In this document: positions 46,817-56,693 of the stretch, piece after piece | How positions within the stretch are numbered: position 1 is the stretch's first letter | Layout of the letters: every line of letters begins with the position of its first letter | NCBI GenBank assembly: GCA_965250285.1 | Contig: OZ252299.1 | Location: 672,001-736,000, forward strand | Reading direction: 5' to 3' | Length of the DNA: 64,000 nucleotides | Source of the DNA: Myxococcota bacterium | GTDB taxonomy: Bacteria > Myxococcota_A > UBA9160 > UBA4427 | Made by a program: the position numbers and the translations under genes | The notes under the pieces: generated by a model | Seen by the model: only the letters and a program-made list of their open reading frames with translations | Database searches by the model: none | Told to the model about the DNA's origin: nothing

Positions 46817-48286
46817 TTGCCCGACGTCCGCGAACCCGTCACGTACCGCGAGGCCGACGTCGGCTACTTCGAGGCGCGCCGGCTGCGGCGCTTCGCCGGC
46901 GTCTGGTCGCTCTGGGCGCTCGGCGTCGGGGCGGTGATCTCGGGTGACTTCTTCGGGTGGAACTTCGGGCTGCTGGCCGGCGGCTTCGGCGGTCTGCTCG
47001 TCGCGACCGCGATCGCCGCGATCATGTACGTCGGCCTCTGCTTCTCGATCGCCGAGATGAGCCCGGCGCTGCCCCATACCGGCGGCGCCTACTCGTTCGG
47101 TCGCACCGCGATGGGACCGTGGGGCGGGTTCATCACCGGCCTGGCCGAGTGCATCGAGTACGTGTTGACGCCGGCGGTCATCGTCGTCGGCATCGGCGGC
47201 TACGTCGGCTCGCTCGCCGACCAGACCCTCGGCCTCGCGCTGCCTTCGCCCGTCTGGTGGGCGCTCTTCTATGCGCTCTTCGTCGGGATCAACATCGCGG
47301 GCGTCGAGCTGACTTTTCGCGTCACGATCGCAGTGACGGCGCTCGCGCTCATGGTCCTCGTCGTCTTCTGGATCGGCGCGTGGCCGCACTTCTCGTGGGC
47401 GCATGCGCTCGACGTTCCGCCCGAGCCCGGGCACGGCGTCTGGTTCCCCCGCGGCGCGGCGGGCGTCGCTTCGTCGCTGCCCTTCGCCATCTGGTTCTAC
47501 CTCGCGATCGAGCAGCTACCGCTGGCGGCCGAAGAGAGCCACGACCCGAAACGCGACATGCCGAAGGGCCTGATCTACGGGCTCGCGACGCTGGTCGTCG
47601 CGTCGATGCTGACGCTCTTCTTGAATGCAGGGATCGCGCCGGGGGCCGCCACCGTGGGTGCGTCCGAAGAACCGCTCATTCTGGCGCTGCGAACGATCTT
47701 CGGCGACGGGCTGTCGAGCGCGATGCTCGGGCTCGCCGCCTTGACGGGCCTCGTCGCGAGCTTCCACGCGATCATCTACGCCTACGGACGAAACATCTAC
47801 TCGCTGAGCCGCGCCGGGTACTTTCCGACGTGGATGTCTCGTACCCACGCCACCCGCCATACGCCCCATGTGGCACTCGGCGTCGGGGCTGCGATCGGCT
47901 ACGGCGTCGCCCTCGCGATCGAATACGGCGGGGCGGTCTTCGGCGACGTTCCGGTCGGAGCCGTTCTGCTGAACATGGCCGTCTTCGGGGCCGTGATCGC
48001 GTATGTGATGCAGATGCTCGCGTACGTCCGACTCAAGCGACTGACGCACCTCGAACGGCCCTACGAAAGCCCGCTCGGTGTCGCGGGTGCGTGGATCTCG
48101 CTTGCGATCGCAGCCGCGACGCTCGTGGCCCTGTTCGTGAATCCCGACTACCGCCCCGGCGTGTACGGCGTCGCGATCTGGTTCGCCGTCGGGCTCGGCT
48201 ACTTCTACTTTCGCGCCCGCCACCGGATGATCCTGTCGCCCGAAGAAGAGTTCGCGCGAGATCAACGGCGCGATCCGCCGACCTAG
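46817..48286 (+). CDS. Amino acid/amine permease (ethanolamine permease-like APC)
   Basis: LGVGAVISGDFFGWNFGL, PFAIWFYLAIE, AAEE..DPKR and C-terminal SPEEEFA; TTG start. Confidence 0.88.
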   Translation: MPDVREPVTYREADVGYFEARRLRRFAGVWSLWALGVGAVISGDFFGWNFGLLAGGFGGLLVATAIAAIMYVGLCFSIAEMSPALPHTGGAYSFGRTAMGPWGGFITGLAECIEYVLTPAVIVVGIGGYVGSLADQTLGLALPSPVWWALFYALFVGINIAGVELTFRVTIAVTALALMVLVVFWIGAWPHFSWAHALDVPPEPGHGVWFPRGAAGVASSLPFAIWFYLAIEQLPLAAEESHDPKRDMPKGLIYGLATLVVASMLTLFLNAGIAPGAATVGASEEPLILALRTIFGDGLSSAMLGLAALTGLVASFHAIIYAYGRNIYSLSRAGYFPTWMSRTHATRHTPHVALGVGAAIGYGVALAIEYGGAVFGDVPVGAVLLNMAVFGAVIAYVMQMLAYVRLKRLTHLERPYESPLGVAGAWISLAIAAATLVALFVNPDYRPGVYGVAIWFAVGLGYFYFRARHRMILSPEEEFARDQRRDPPT

Positions 48287-48365
48287 GCCTTCACAGCGGG
48301 TCGCGGAACGAGGCGGTGCGCGACAGCGACGGACGTGGGGGGGAGGGCGAGGCGCGGCCCTCGAC

Positions 48366-50570
48366 CTACTTCGGCTCGAGCGCGTCGATGGCCGCGCCGA
48401 CCGGACGCTTGCCCAGCCAGGTGAGCAGCGATTCGACGGCCTGTACGTTCGAGAGTCGACGGCGGGCCTTCGTCGCCTGATCGGCGGCGCCGACGCGGAA
48501 GGTCGCCCCGAGGCCACTCAAGGCGTTGAACGCGTCTTCGTCGGTTTCGTCGTCACCGACGTAGATCGTCCGAAGCTGCTCCGACCACCCGGGCCCGTAG
48601 CACTCGCGCAGCACGTGCAGCACCGCGTGCCCCTTGTCCCACCCGATCGGCGGGCGCGCCTCGACGGCGCAGAGTGCATCTCGGGCCTGGAACCCGGCCG
48701 CACGGATCATCTCGCGCGCCCGCGCGGCCGTGTCTTCTTGCGCCGACGCGTCGGCTTGGCGGAAGTGCAGGGTGAGCGATGCCCCCTTCGCTTCGACCCA
48801 GGCGCCCTGGACGCCGAGCGCATCGAGCTTGTTGGCCAGCTCTCGCGCCCGCTGCGTGTAGTGCTCGATGTCGGGGTGGCGGTAAGGGGGGAGCCCCGGC
48901 CCCTCGATCTCGAGCCCGTGATTGCCTGCGAAGACGAGTCCGTCGATGTCGACGAGGCCGCGCACATCGGAGAGGCCTCGGCCCGAAATGATCGCGACCC
49001 GCGTGTCGGCCCGATCGGCACACGTCTGCAGCGCCGCCTTCATGTGCGATTCGAGCCGGGCCTTCGAGGGATGGCTGGCGATCTCGGCGAGGGTGCCGTC
49101 GTAGTCGAGGAAGAGGAAGAGCGGGCGGGTCTTCAGGAATTCGCCGAGCCATGATTCGAAGTCGGTCGCGCCCACAGGGGCGATGTGCCCGCGCGGCGTC
49201 TGGGCCTTGGCGAGGAACGAGGTCAGCCAGGCGCCCAGATCGTTGCGGCGCTCGCGACGCTGCAGGGCCCGCATCCGCGCCTCGCGCTGATCGGCGGGCA
49301 TCGTGAGCGCCTGGTGCAGCACCTCGGCCACGCTGTCGATGTTGTACGGGTTCACGAGCAGCGACTCGAGCATCGTCTCGGCAGCGCCCGCGAGCCGCGA
49401 GAGCACGAGCACGCCCGGATCGTCGACCTGGCTCGCGACGAACTCTTTCGCCACGAGGTTCATTCCGTCGCGCAGTGGCGTCACGACCGCGACGTCGGCG
49501 TCTCGGTACAGCGCCGAGAGGCGCGCCGCGGGCACCGAACGGTGGAGATAGCGAATCGGGGTCCAGTCGCTCGCGCCGAAGCGTCCGTTCACGCGCCCGA
49601 CCAGCTCGTCGAGCTGTCGCTTGAGGCTCCGATACTCGGAGACCTGCTCTCGAGACGGCACGGCGACCTGGATGAGCTCGACCTGCCCGCGGTGCTCAGG
49701 GTGCAGCTCGAGGAGCCGCTCATAGGCAAGGACCCGTTCGGGAATGCCCTTCGTGTAGTCGAGCCGGTCGACCCCGAGCAGGGTCTGCACGGGGCCTGCG
49801 CCTTTGCGCGTCGCCTCGCGTGCCTGCTCGTCGTAGTGGTCGTAGTCGATGCCGAGCGGAAAGGCCTGCACCGAGACCGTGCGCTCTCCGTGCTCGATCT
49901 GGCCCATCTCGCGGTCGATTCGCTCGCCCAGGAGCCGTTCGACACAATCCATGAAATTCGACACGTAGCCGGGATGGTGGAAGCCGATCAGGTCGCAGGC
50001 CAACATGCCGCGCAGCACCTCGCGACTCCACGGCAGCACGCGAAACAGGTCGAAGGGCGGGAAGGGGATGTGCAGGAAGAAGGCGAGGCGCGCGTTGCGT
50101 CGAAGGGCGCGCAAGTGCTCGGGACAGCGCGTCAGGTGGTAGTCGTGGATCCAGACGAGGTCGTCTTCTTTCATGAGCTCGTGCGCGCGCTGCGCGAAAA
50201 GTGCGTTCACGCGCTCGTAGACGTGCCAGTCCTTGCGGTCGAGCGACGTGCGCTCGAGCAGGGAGTGGAACAGGGGCCACAGCGTCGCATTCGAGAAGCC
50301 GTGGTAGTAGCGCTTGATGTCGACATTCTGCAGCGGAATCGGCTCGAGCGCGTACTCACCGCCCGGCACGGCGAGCTGCTCACCCGGGCGAATCGGGCCG
50401 CCAGGCCAGCCGATCCAGGTGCCTCGGCGACTCTTCATCGCTGGGTCGAGCGCCGCCACGAGTCCCCCACTCGAGCGCTCGACGCGCAGCTCGCCGCGGT
50501 TGCGTTTCAGGGTCACAGGGAGTCGATTCGAGAGGACGAGCAATCGCTGGTCTGTCGCCGCGGCAGCCAT
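48366..50570 (-). CDS. Bifunctional trehalose-6-phosphate synthase/phosphatase (OtsA-OtsB fusion)
   Basis: GT20 motifs SNRLP, WIHDYHL, FFLHIPFP, GVDRLDYTKG and RDGMNLVAKE; HAD motifs FLDYDGTL and GDDETDED. Confidence 0.95.
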   Translation of the reverse strand: MAAAATDQRLLVLSNRLPVTLKRNRGELRVERSSGGLVAALDPAMKSRRGTWIGWPGGPIRPGEQLAVPGGEYALEPIPLQNVDIKRYYHGFSNATLWPLFHSLLERTSLDRKDWHVYERVNALFAQRAHELMKEDDLVWIHDYHLTRCPEHLRALRRNARLAFFLHIPFPPFDLFRVLPWSREVLRGMLACDLIGFHHPGYVSNFMDCVERLLGERIDREMGQIEHGERTVSVQAFPLGIDYDHYDEQAREATRKGAGPVQTLLGVDRLDYTKGIPERVLAYERLLELHPEHRGQVELIQVAVPSREQVSEYRSLKRQLDELVGRVNGRFGASDWTPIRYLHRSVPAARLSALYRDADVAVVTPLRDGMNLVAKEFVASQVDDPGVLVLSRLAGAAETMLESLLVNPYNIDSVAEVLHQALTMPADQREARMRALQRRERRNDLGAWLTSFLAKAQTPRGHIAPVGATDFESWLGEFLKTRPLFLFLDYDGTLAEIASHPSKARLESHMKAALQTCADRADTRVAIISGRGLSDVRGLVDIDGLVFAGNHGLEIEGPGLPPYRHPDIEHYTQRARELANKLDALGVQGAWVEAKGASLTLHFRQADASAQEDTAARAREMIRAAGFQARDALCAVEARPPIGWDKGHAVLHVLRECYGPGWSEQLRTIYVGDDETDEDAFNALSGLGATFRVGAADQATKARRRLSNVQAVESLLTWLGKRPVGAAIDALEPK

Positions 50571-50665
50571 TGCGCGAGCATACCGCGTCGGCGCTGCGTC
50601 GTGGAGCAGGCAGCGAAGCCGCTGCCCACACGATGGGATTGTTTCGAACGGGAGACGAAGTGACG

Positions 50666-52450
50666 ATGAGTGCGCGACCGAATCTCGAGCTGGCCGTGGT
50701 CGGCAACTGCACCTGGGCCGGCCTCGTCGACGAGCGAGCGCGTCTCGTCTGGGGCTGTCTGCCGAGGTTCGATTCCGACCCCGTGTTCTGCTCGCTGCTG
50801 TCGGGCGATGAACCCGACCGCGGCGTGTTCGCCGTCGAGATCGAAGACTTCGAGCGCAGTGAGCAGCGCTACGACGGCAACACCGCGATCGTCGTGACGA
50901 CGCTCTACGACAGTCGAGGCAGCGCCGTCCGCATCACCGACTTCGCGCCCCGCTTCGCGAATCTGGGGCGCATGTACCGGCCGACGATGATGATGCGCCG
51001 GGTCGAGCCGATCGCGGGCGATCCGAAGGTGAGGGTCGTGCTCACGCCGTGTTCGGGGTACGGCGGCGGCGAGCCTGAGACGACCATCGGCTCGAACCAT
51101 ATGCGGTTCATCGGGCCCGATATCACGCTGCGTCTCACGACGGACGCACCTCTTTCGTACGTCATCGACTCGACGCCGTTCCTACTCACGGGCCCCCTGC
51201 ACATGGTGCTCGGCCCGGACGAGACCTTCCCCGGCGACGTCGAGCGCATCGTGCGCGAGTTCGAAGACAAGACCCGCGAGCACTGGACCGAATGGGTGCG
51301 CACGCTCTCGATCCCGTTCGAATGGCAGCGCGAGGTCATTCGAGCCGCGATCACGCTGCAGCTCTGCTTCTTCGAAGACACCGGTGCGATCGTCGCGGCG
51401 CTCACGACGTCGATCCCCGAGGCGCCCGGCAGCGAACGAAACTGGGACTACCGGTTCTGCTGGATCCGCGATGCCTACTTCGTGATCCACGCCCTGAATC
51501 GACTCGGCGCCACGAAGACGATGGAGAGCTACCTCGGCTATCTCTCGAACCTCGTGGCGAGCGTCGACGGCCGATTGCAGCCGGTCTACGGGATCGGTCG
51601 CGAGGCCGAGTTGGTCGAGCGCTTCGCCGAGGGTCTCCCCGGCTATCGGGGCATGGGGCCCGTGCGCGTCGGCAACCAGGCCTACACGCACATCCAGAAC
51701 GACGTGTATGGCTCGGCGGTCCTGGCCGCGACGCAGATCTTCTTCGATGAGCGGCTGCTGAGGAGCGGGGGCGACCGCCTCTTCGAGCTGCTCGAAGCGC
51801 TCGGTTCACACGCCGTCGCCCTTGCGGCCGAGCCGGATGCCGGCCTGTGGGAGCTTCGGAACCGAGCGAGCGTGCATACGTTCTCGGCCGTGATGTGCTG
51901 GGCTGCGTGCGACCGACTGTCTCGGATCGCCGTGCGGCTCGGCCGCAGTGATCGCGGCCGGCACTGGCGCGAAGAGGCCGATCGGATCCGCGCTGTCATC
52001 GACGAGAAGGCGATGACGAAGGAGGGGGCGTACGCAGCGACGTTCGGAGGCGACGAGACGGATGCTTCGCTTCTGCTGCTCGAGTCGCTCGGGTTCGTCG
52101 ACGCGGCGGACTCTCGATTTCGCGAAACGCTCGCCCAGGTCGAACGAGATCTGCGGCGTGGTTCGTACCTGTACCGGTACGCCGTGGCGGACGACTTCGG
52201 CGTGCCGGAGGTCGCCTTCAACGTCTGCACGTTCTGGTACGTCGATGCCCTGGCCGCGAGTGGTCGCGTGGACGAAGCGCGCGAGCTCTTCGAGAACATG
52301 CTCTCGAAATGCAACTCGGTGGGGCTGCTGTCGGAAGACCTCCAGGTCGAATCGGGGGAGCTCTGGGGGAACTTTCCACAGACCTACTCGATGGTCGGGC
52401 TCATCAACTCGGCGATGCGCCTATCGCGGAGTTGGGAGGAGGCGTTCTGA
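50666..52450 (+). CDS. Glycoside hydrolase family 15 (trehalase/glucoamylase-like)
   Basis: AALTTSIPE, RNWDYRFCWIRD, PVRVGN, GLWELR, GLLSE and GNFPQ..S. Confidence 0.93.
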   Translation: MSARPNLELAVVGNCTWAGLVDERARLVWGCLPRFDSDPVFCSLLSGDEPDRGVFAVEIEDFERSEQRYDGNTAIVVTTLYDSRGSAVRITDFAPRFANLGRMYRPTMMMRRVEPIAGDPKVRVVLTPCSGYGGGEPETTIGSNHMRFIGPDITLRLTTDAPLSYVIDSTPFLLTGPLHMVLGPDETFPGDVERIVREFEDKTREHWTEWVRTLSIPFEWQREVIRAAITLQLCFFEDTGAIVAALTTSIPEAPGSERNWDYRFCWIRDAYFVIHALNRLGATKTMESYLGYLSNLVASVDGRLQPVYGIGREAELVERFAEGLPGYRGMGPVRVGNQAYTHIQNDVYGSAVLAATQIFFDERLLRSGGDRLFELLEALGSHAVALAAEPDAGLWELRNRASVHTFSAVMCWAACDRLSRIAVRLGRSDRGRHWREEADRIRAVIDEKAMTKEGAYAATFGGDETDASLLLLESLGFVDAADSRFRETLAQVERDLRRGSYLYRYAVADDFGVPEVAFNVCTFWYVDALAASGRVDEARELFENMLSKCNSVGLLSEDLQVESGELWGNFPQTYSMVGLINSAMRLSRSWEEAF

Positions 52451-52548
52451 CGGGATGGCGCAGACACACGTCGGCGCGTGGGGCCTTCGCGCGTCGCCGA
52501 TGAAGTGGGCCCCGTCATGAATCTGAGACTCACTCGGACACCGCGGGC

Positions 52549-53502
52549 GTGAGCGAGCGCGATGGGTCGGATCGGCCGGCGCGCGATCCTGATTCGTCGC
52601 GGCCCCCGACCGACGTGCGTTCCGACTCGAGCTTCGCCGGCGCCGGACTCGCACTCGTCGGCGGCCTGCTCATGGGCGGCGTCGGTGTGGCCGGCAAGTT
52701 CGGCGCCCAGGCCGGTCTTTCCCCGTTCCAGCTTCTCGCAGCCCAGGTCGCTCTGCTCGCGCCGCTCGCGGGTGTTGTGCTCGCGCGCCGTTCGGGCGCC
52801 GCGGGCTTCGTTCCGGTTCGGCCTTCGATGCTCGTCGTTCGAACCGTGTCGGGCTTCACGTACTTCGTGAGCTTCTACTGGGCGCTCCAGGGCATCCCCG
52901 TGGCCGACGCGCTGGTGCTCGAGAGCACCAACCCGTTCTTCTCGATGTGCATCGCTCGCGTGCTGCTCGGTCAGCGGGTGGATCGAGGCTCGATCGCCAT
53001 GGCCGTGATCGCGTTCGCCGGGGTCTGTCTGATCCTGATCCACCACGACGTTCAGGGGCTGTTCAATCCGTACTCGCTGCTCGCCCTCTTCGCGGGCTTC
53101 GCGCGGGCAGCCGGGAGCGTGTCGACCGGGCTGGCGGGAGAGACCGAGCCGCCCGAGCGCATCATGTTCTTCTATGCAGCGGGCATGTTCTTGCTGTGTG
53201 TCGCCGTACTGCCGTGGCAGTGGACGCCCATTTCAGGAACGCACACGTGGTTGATCCTGGCCGCCCCGGCGCTGCTCTTCGTGCCGCAGAATCTCGCCTA
53301 CACCATCGCCAATCGGCGGGCTCCGGCCTATCTCGTCGGCGCGCTCTTCTACAGCGCCATCCTCGTGGGCGTCGCCGCCGATCGACTGCTGTGGCACTCG
53401 ACGATTGGCCCGCGCGGACTGATCGGCATGGCTCTCACGGTCGGTGCCGGCCTCGGCCTCGCCTGGCTCCGCGCGCGGCGCAGCGGATCGTTCCCAGGCT
53501 GA
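52549..53502 (+). CDS. DMT (EamA) family transporter
   Basis: About 10 TM in two EamA-like halves. Start uncertain. Confidence 0.82.
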   Translation: MSERDGSDRPARDPDSSRPPTDVRSDSSFAGAGLALVGGLLMGGVGVAGKFGAQAGLSPFQLLAAQVALLAPLAGVVLARRSGAAGFVPVRPSMLVVRTVSGFTYFVSFYWALQGIPVADALVLESTNPFFSMCIARVLLGQRVDRGSIAMAVIAFAGVCLILIHHDVQGLFNPYSLLALFAGFARAAGSVSTGLAGETEPPERIMFFYAAGMFLLCVAVLPWQWTPISGTHTWLILAAPALLFVPQNLAYTIANRRAPAYLVGALFYSAILVGVAADRLLWHSTIGPRGLIGMALTVGAGLGLAWLRARRSGSFPG

Positions 53503-53574
53503 GCGATGTCCTCCGTGTCGACGTGACGGTCAGGCGAGTGTCTTTGCCCTCGTTTGAGTGACACATCCGCGCGA

Positions 53575-53586
53575 CCCCCCCCCCCC
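53575..53586. repeat. C12 homopolymer, intergenic
   Basis: 12 consecutive C about 105 nt upstream of the amine oxidase ATG. Confidence 0.9.
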
Positions 53587-53691
53587 GAGTCAACTGACGG
53601 TGCTGCGAGCGATTCGCGTCGAGTGTTCAACTTGCTTGCGATCTTCTTCGCGATCGGATCATGATGAGCGCCGACACGGGAGGGCGTCGCA

Positions 53692-55284
53692 ATGACCATC
53701 GAACAGTCGAAACAAGATGCTTCGAAGCCGAAGAAGGTGGGTGATCTCGACGTGACGGGCGTGCGCCCGGGCGGGGTGACTCGACGTTCGCTGCTGACCG
53801 GGGTGGGTGCGCTGGGCGCGCTCGGTGCCACCGCGGCGCTGGCCGGACCGGCACGCGCGACCGAAACGGCGCTGTGTCGGCCAGCCGACGAATCGGTCGA
53901 CGTCTGTGTCATCGGTGGCGGGTTCGCTGGGTTGACCGCAGCCCGCGATGCCGTCGCGCGAGGGGCGTCGGCGCTGGTGCTCGAAGCGCGCGATCGCGTC
54001 GGCGGCCGCACGCTGAACGGCTCGCTCAGCACCGGCGAAGACATCGAAGAGGGTGGTCAATGGGTCGGGCCCGGGCAGGATGCGGTGCTCGAGCTCGCAC
54101 GCGAGGTCGGTGTTTCGACCTTCGACACGTACAACACCGGCGACAACCTGCTCGAGTACAAGGGCTCGATCTCGACGTATCCCGCACAGCCCGGCATTCC
54201 CCCTGTCGGCATCCGTGACTTCATCGAGTTCTATGTCGCGCTTCAGAAGCTCAACGCGCTCGCGGCTCGAGTCGGTTCCGAGGCACCGTGGGATTCGCGT
54301 CTCGGACGTCGCTTCGACCGCATGACGGTGCGTGAATGGGAAGACGAAGCCATGACGACCGACGGGGCCCGCTTCTTGTTCGACGTCACGTTTCGGACCG
54401 TCTTGACGGTCGAGCCGTGGGAAGTCTCGTTCCTGTTCTTCCTGGCCTTCGTCGAGGCGGGGGGCGGCTATGGCAACCACATCACGATCACCGGAGGAGC
54501 TCAGGAGTCGCGATTCGTCGGGGGCTCGCAGCTGATTCCGATCAGAGTGGCCGAAGAGCTGCCAGAGGGCACCGTCCGCCTCAACGAGACCGTCACACGA
54601 CTCGAACAATGCGAGGGCGGTGTTCGCGTGCACTCGGGTGGGCGAACCGTGCTCGCCGAGCATGTCGTCTGCGCGCTGCCACCGACGTTGGCCGGTCGGA
54701 TCCAATACGATCCGATCCTGCCGGCTCGGCGTGATCAGCTCACGCAACGGATGCCCCAGGGCAGCGTGGTCAAGGTCAACGTCGAATACGAAACGCCCTT
54801 CTGGCGCGCGGCTGGCCTATCGGGGCAGTTCATCCGCGACCGTGGGTTCGCGACGGCTTGCTTCGACAACTCACCGCCGTCGGCCGATGTCGGGGTTCTC
54901 GTCGTCTTCGTCGCAGGGGACGCAGCGCGCCAGTTCCAGCAGCTGCCCGCGGCGGTCCGGCGGCGAAGGATCTTGCGGACGCTTGCACGGTTCTTCGGTG
55001 GACAGGCCGAACGGCCCACTTCCTACATCGAGAAGAACTGGTCGGACGAGGAGTTCACCCGCGGCTGCTACACGGCGATCGTTCCGCCGGGCGGCGTGGT
55101 GCCTTTCGGTCCCGCGCTGCGCGAACCGATCGACCGCATTCACTGGGCGGGGACCGAGACGGCCGACAAATGGTTCGGCTACATGGATGGCGCCGTGCGG
55201 TCGGGTCGCCGCGCGATCGCCGAGATCGTCGGCGACGACCGCGCCTACGCGGTGAAGTCGCAGGCCAAGCAGTCCCTCGTCTGA
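53692..55284 (+). CDS. Flavin monoamine oxidase family protein with Tat signal
   Basis: TRRSLL..PARA Tat peptide; IGGGFAGL, LEARDRVGGR, GGQWVG, IHWAGTETA and GYMDGAVRSG. Confidence 0.93.
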   Translation: MTIEQSKQDASKPKKVGDLDVTGVRPGGVTRRSLLTGVGALGALGATAALAGPARATETALCRPADESVDVCVIGGGFAGLTAARDAVARGASALVLEARDRVGGRTLNGSLSTGEDIEEGGQWVGPGQDAVLELAREVGVSTFDTYNTGDNLLEYKGSISTYPAQPGIPPVGIRDFIEFYVALQKLNALAARVGSEAPWDSRLGRRFDRMTVREWEDEAMTTDGARFLFDVTFRTVLTVEPWEVSFLFFLAFVEAGGGYGNHITITGGAQESRFVGGSQLIPIRVAEELPEGTVRLNETVTRLEQCEGGVRVHSGGRTVLAEHVVCALPPTLAGRIQYDPILPARRDQLTQRMPQGSVVKVNVEYETPFWRAAGLSGQFIRDRGFATACFDNSPPSADVGVLVVFVAGDAARQFQQLPAAVRRRRILRTLARFFGGQAERPTSYIEKNWSDEEFTRGCYTAIVPPGGVVPFGPALREPIDRIHWAGTETADKWFGYMDGAVRSGRRAIAEIVGDDRAYAVKSQAKQSLV

Positions 55285-55434
55285 GAGCTCGAGCCGCGAG
55301 TCGGAACCGCGCTTCTCCGAGCCGTGAGCAGCGTCGCTTGAGGTGCACTCTCGGCCCTCGAACGTCGCTACCGGGGTCGATGTGCCGGCATCCGAGATCA
55401 GCGGCTGCATCGAGACCGCTCGAGAGGGTGAGGC

Positions 55435-56514
55435 ATGTTCGGGGCGCCGCGCGCGTCAGCTCGGATCGCGTTGATCGTGGCGTTGTCGTTCTCCGTGGGC
55501 TGCGGCGCGAACAGCCTGGCCGATCGAGGTGACGCCTACGTCGAGGCGGTCGCGAACGCGATCGGAGTGGCGCCGCCGACGATCGCGCCGCCGAAGCGCT
55601 CGACCGCGCTGCCCCGCCGGCGGGTGCGCCGCCTCGAGCCAACGGATCATCGCATCGGCATCCTCGATTTTCTCTCGATTCAGGGCTGTGAGCTCGGCGT
55701 GCTCGCGGCCGTGAAGACCAGCGCCATGGGTCGTCAGATGCCGTACTCGATGCGCCTCACCCACGAACTTGCCGTGCTCGAAGTGAGCGACGCGTGCATC
55801 GCCGAGCTCGACGACGAGGAGCTGCAGCTCGAACTCGAATCGATCGTGGCGTCGAAGCGCGCCGAACGCGGCGTGCACGTCTGGAACGCGCTCTGGGCGG
55901 GCGACGAGATCGAGGCGTATCTGACCCCGACGCCGAGAGTCGCGCTGGAGTCGTCGTCGGGCGACGGCGCGATGTCGGCGCTCGATCGGCTACGGATCGG
56001 TGTCGAAGGGATGCGCGAGCGCGAGGCCGATGGACGAGCCGTCGAAGACGCACTGACTCGACTCATGCGCGCGCGCTCGTTGGGGCGTGCGCTTCGCGAT
56101 CTCGACGTCGCCTCTGCCCGGCTCGATGCCGCGAGTGAGATGGTGTCGTCGGTCGACAGCGAAGCGTGCGGTCCCGTGCAGGCTCGACTCGTGGATGCAT
56201 TCAAGAGCACGTACCTCCAGTTCGTGCAGCAGCCGCTCGGCTTCGCCCACCGTCGCGTCGCCGACGAGCTGCCCGGCCTTCACGCGCTCGTGCTCATGTC
56301 GATGGACGCGCTCGACGCGGCGGGTCGACCCACGCCCGCCCCGATGCGCGTGTGGTTCGAGACCGTGCTCGACCCCGATGCGCCCGACGCGGTCTGGCCG
56401 ACCTACCAGGGCGCGCTTCGACGCCATGTCGCGGCCTGGGCGCCGGTGCTGAGCGTGTGTGGTGAGCTTGCGACGTCGAGCGCGGCCGATTCCGCCGATC
56501 GGGAGCCTCGGTGA
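55435..56514 (+). CDS. DUF3080-like lipoprotein
   Basis: Lipobox SVGC; IGILDFL...CELGVLAA..TSAMGR resembles DUF3080. Confidence 0.65.
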   Translation: MFGAPRASARIALIVALSFSVGCGANSLADRGDAYVEAVANAIGVAPPTIAPPKRSTALPRRRVRRLEPTDHRIGILDFLSIQGCELGVLAAVKTSAMGRQMPYSMRLTHELAVLEVSDACIAELDDEELQLELESIVASKRAERGVHVWNALWAGDEIEAYLTPTPRVALESSSGDGAMSALDRLRIGVEGMREREADGRAVEDALTRLMRARSLGRALRDLDVASARLDAASEMVSSVDSEACGPVQARLVDAFKSTYLQFVQQPLGFAHRRVADELPGLHALVLMSMDALDAAGRPTPAPMRVWFETVLDPDAPDAVWPTYQGALRRHVAAWAPVLSVCGELATSSAADSADREPR

Positions 56515-56693
56515 ATCGGAGCGCGATCGTTCGGTGAACCGGGCATCTCCGACACCGCGGTACCAACGGCCATGACGAATCGTATGCAGGCGCCGCGCAG
56601 GCGGCGCCGCGTGTCTGGATGCCGACGATCACGCCGTCAAGTGTCGTCTGGTTATCACCCGGTGCGACGACGAATCGAGTAGAATCGGGGATC

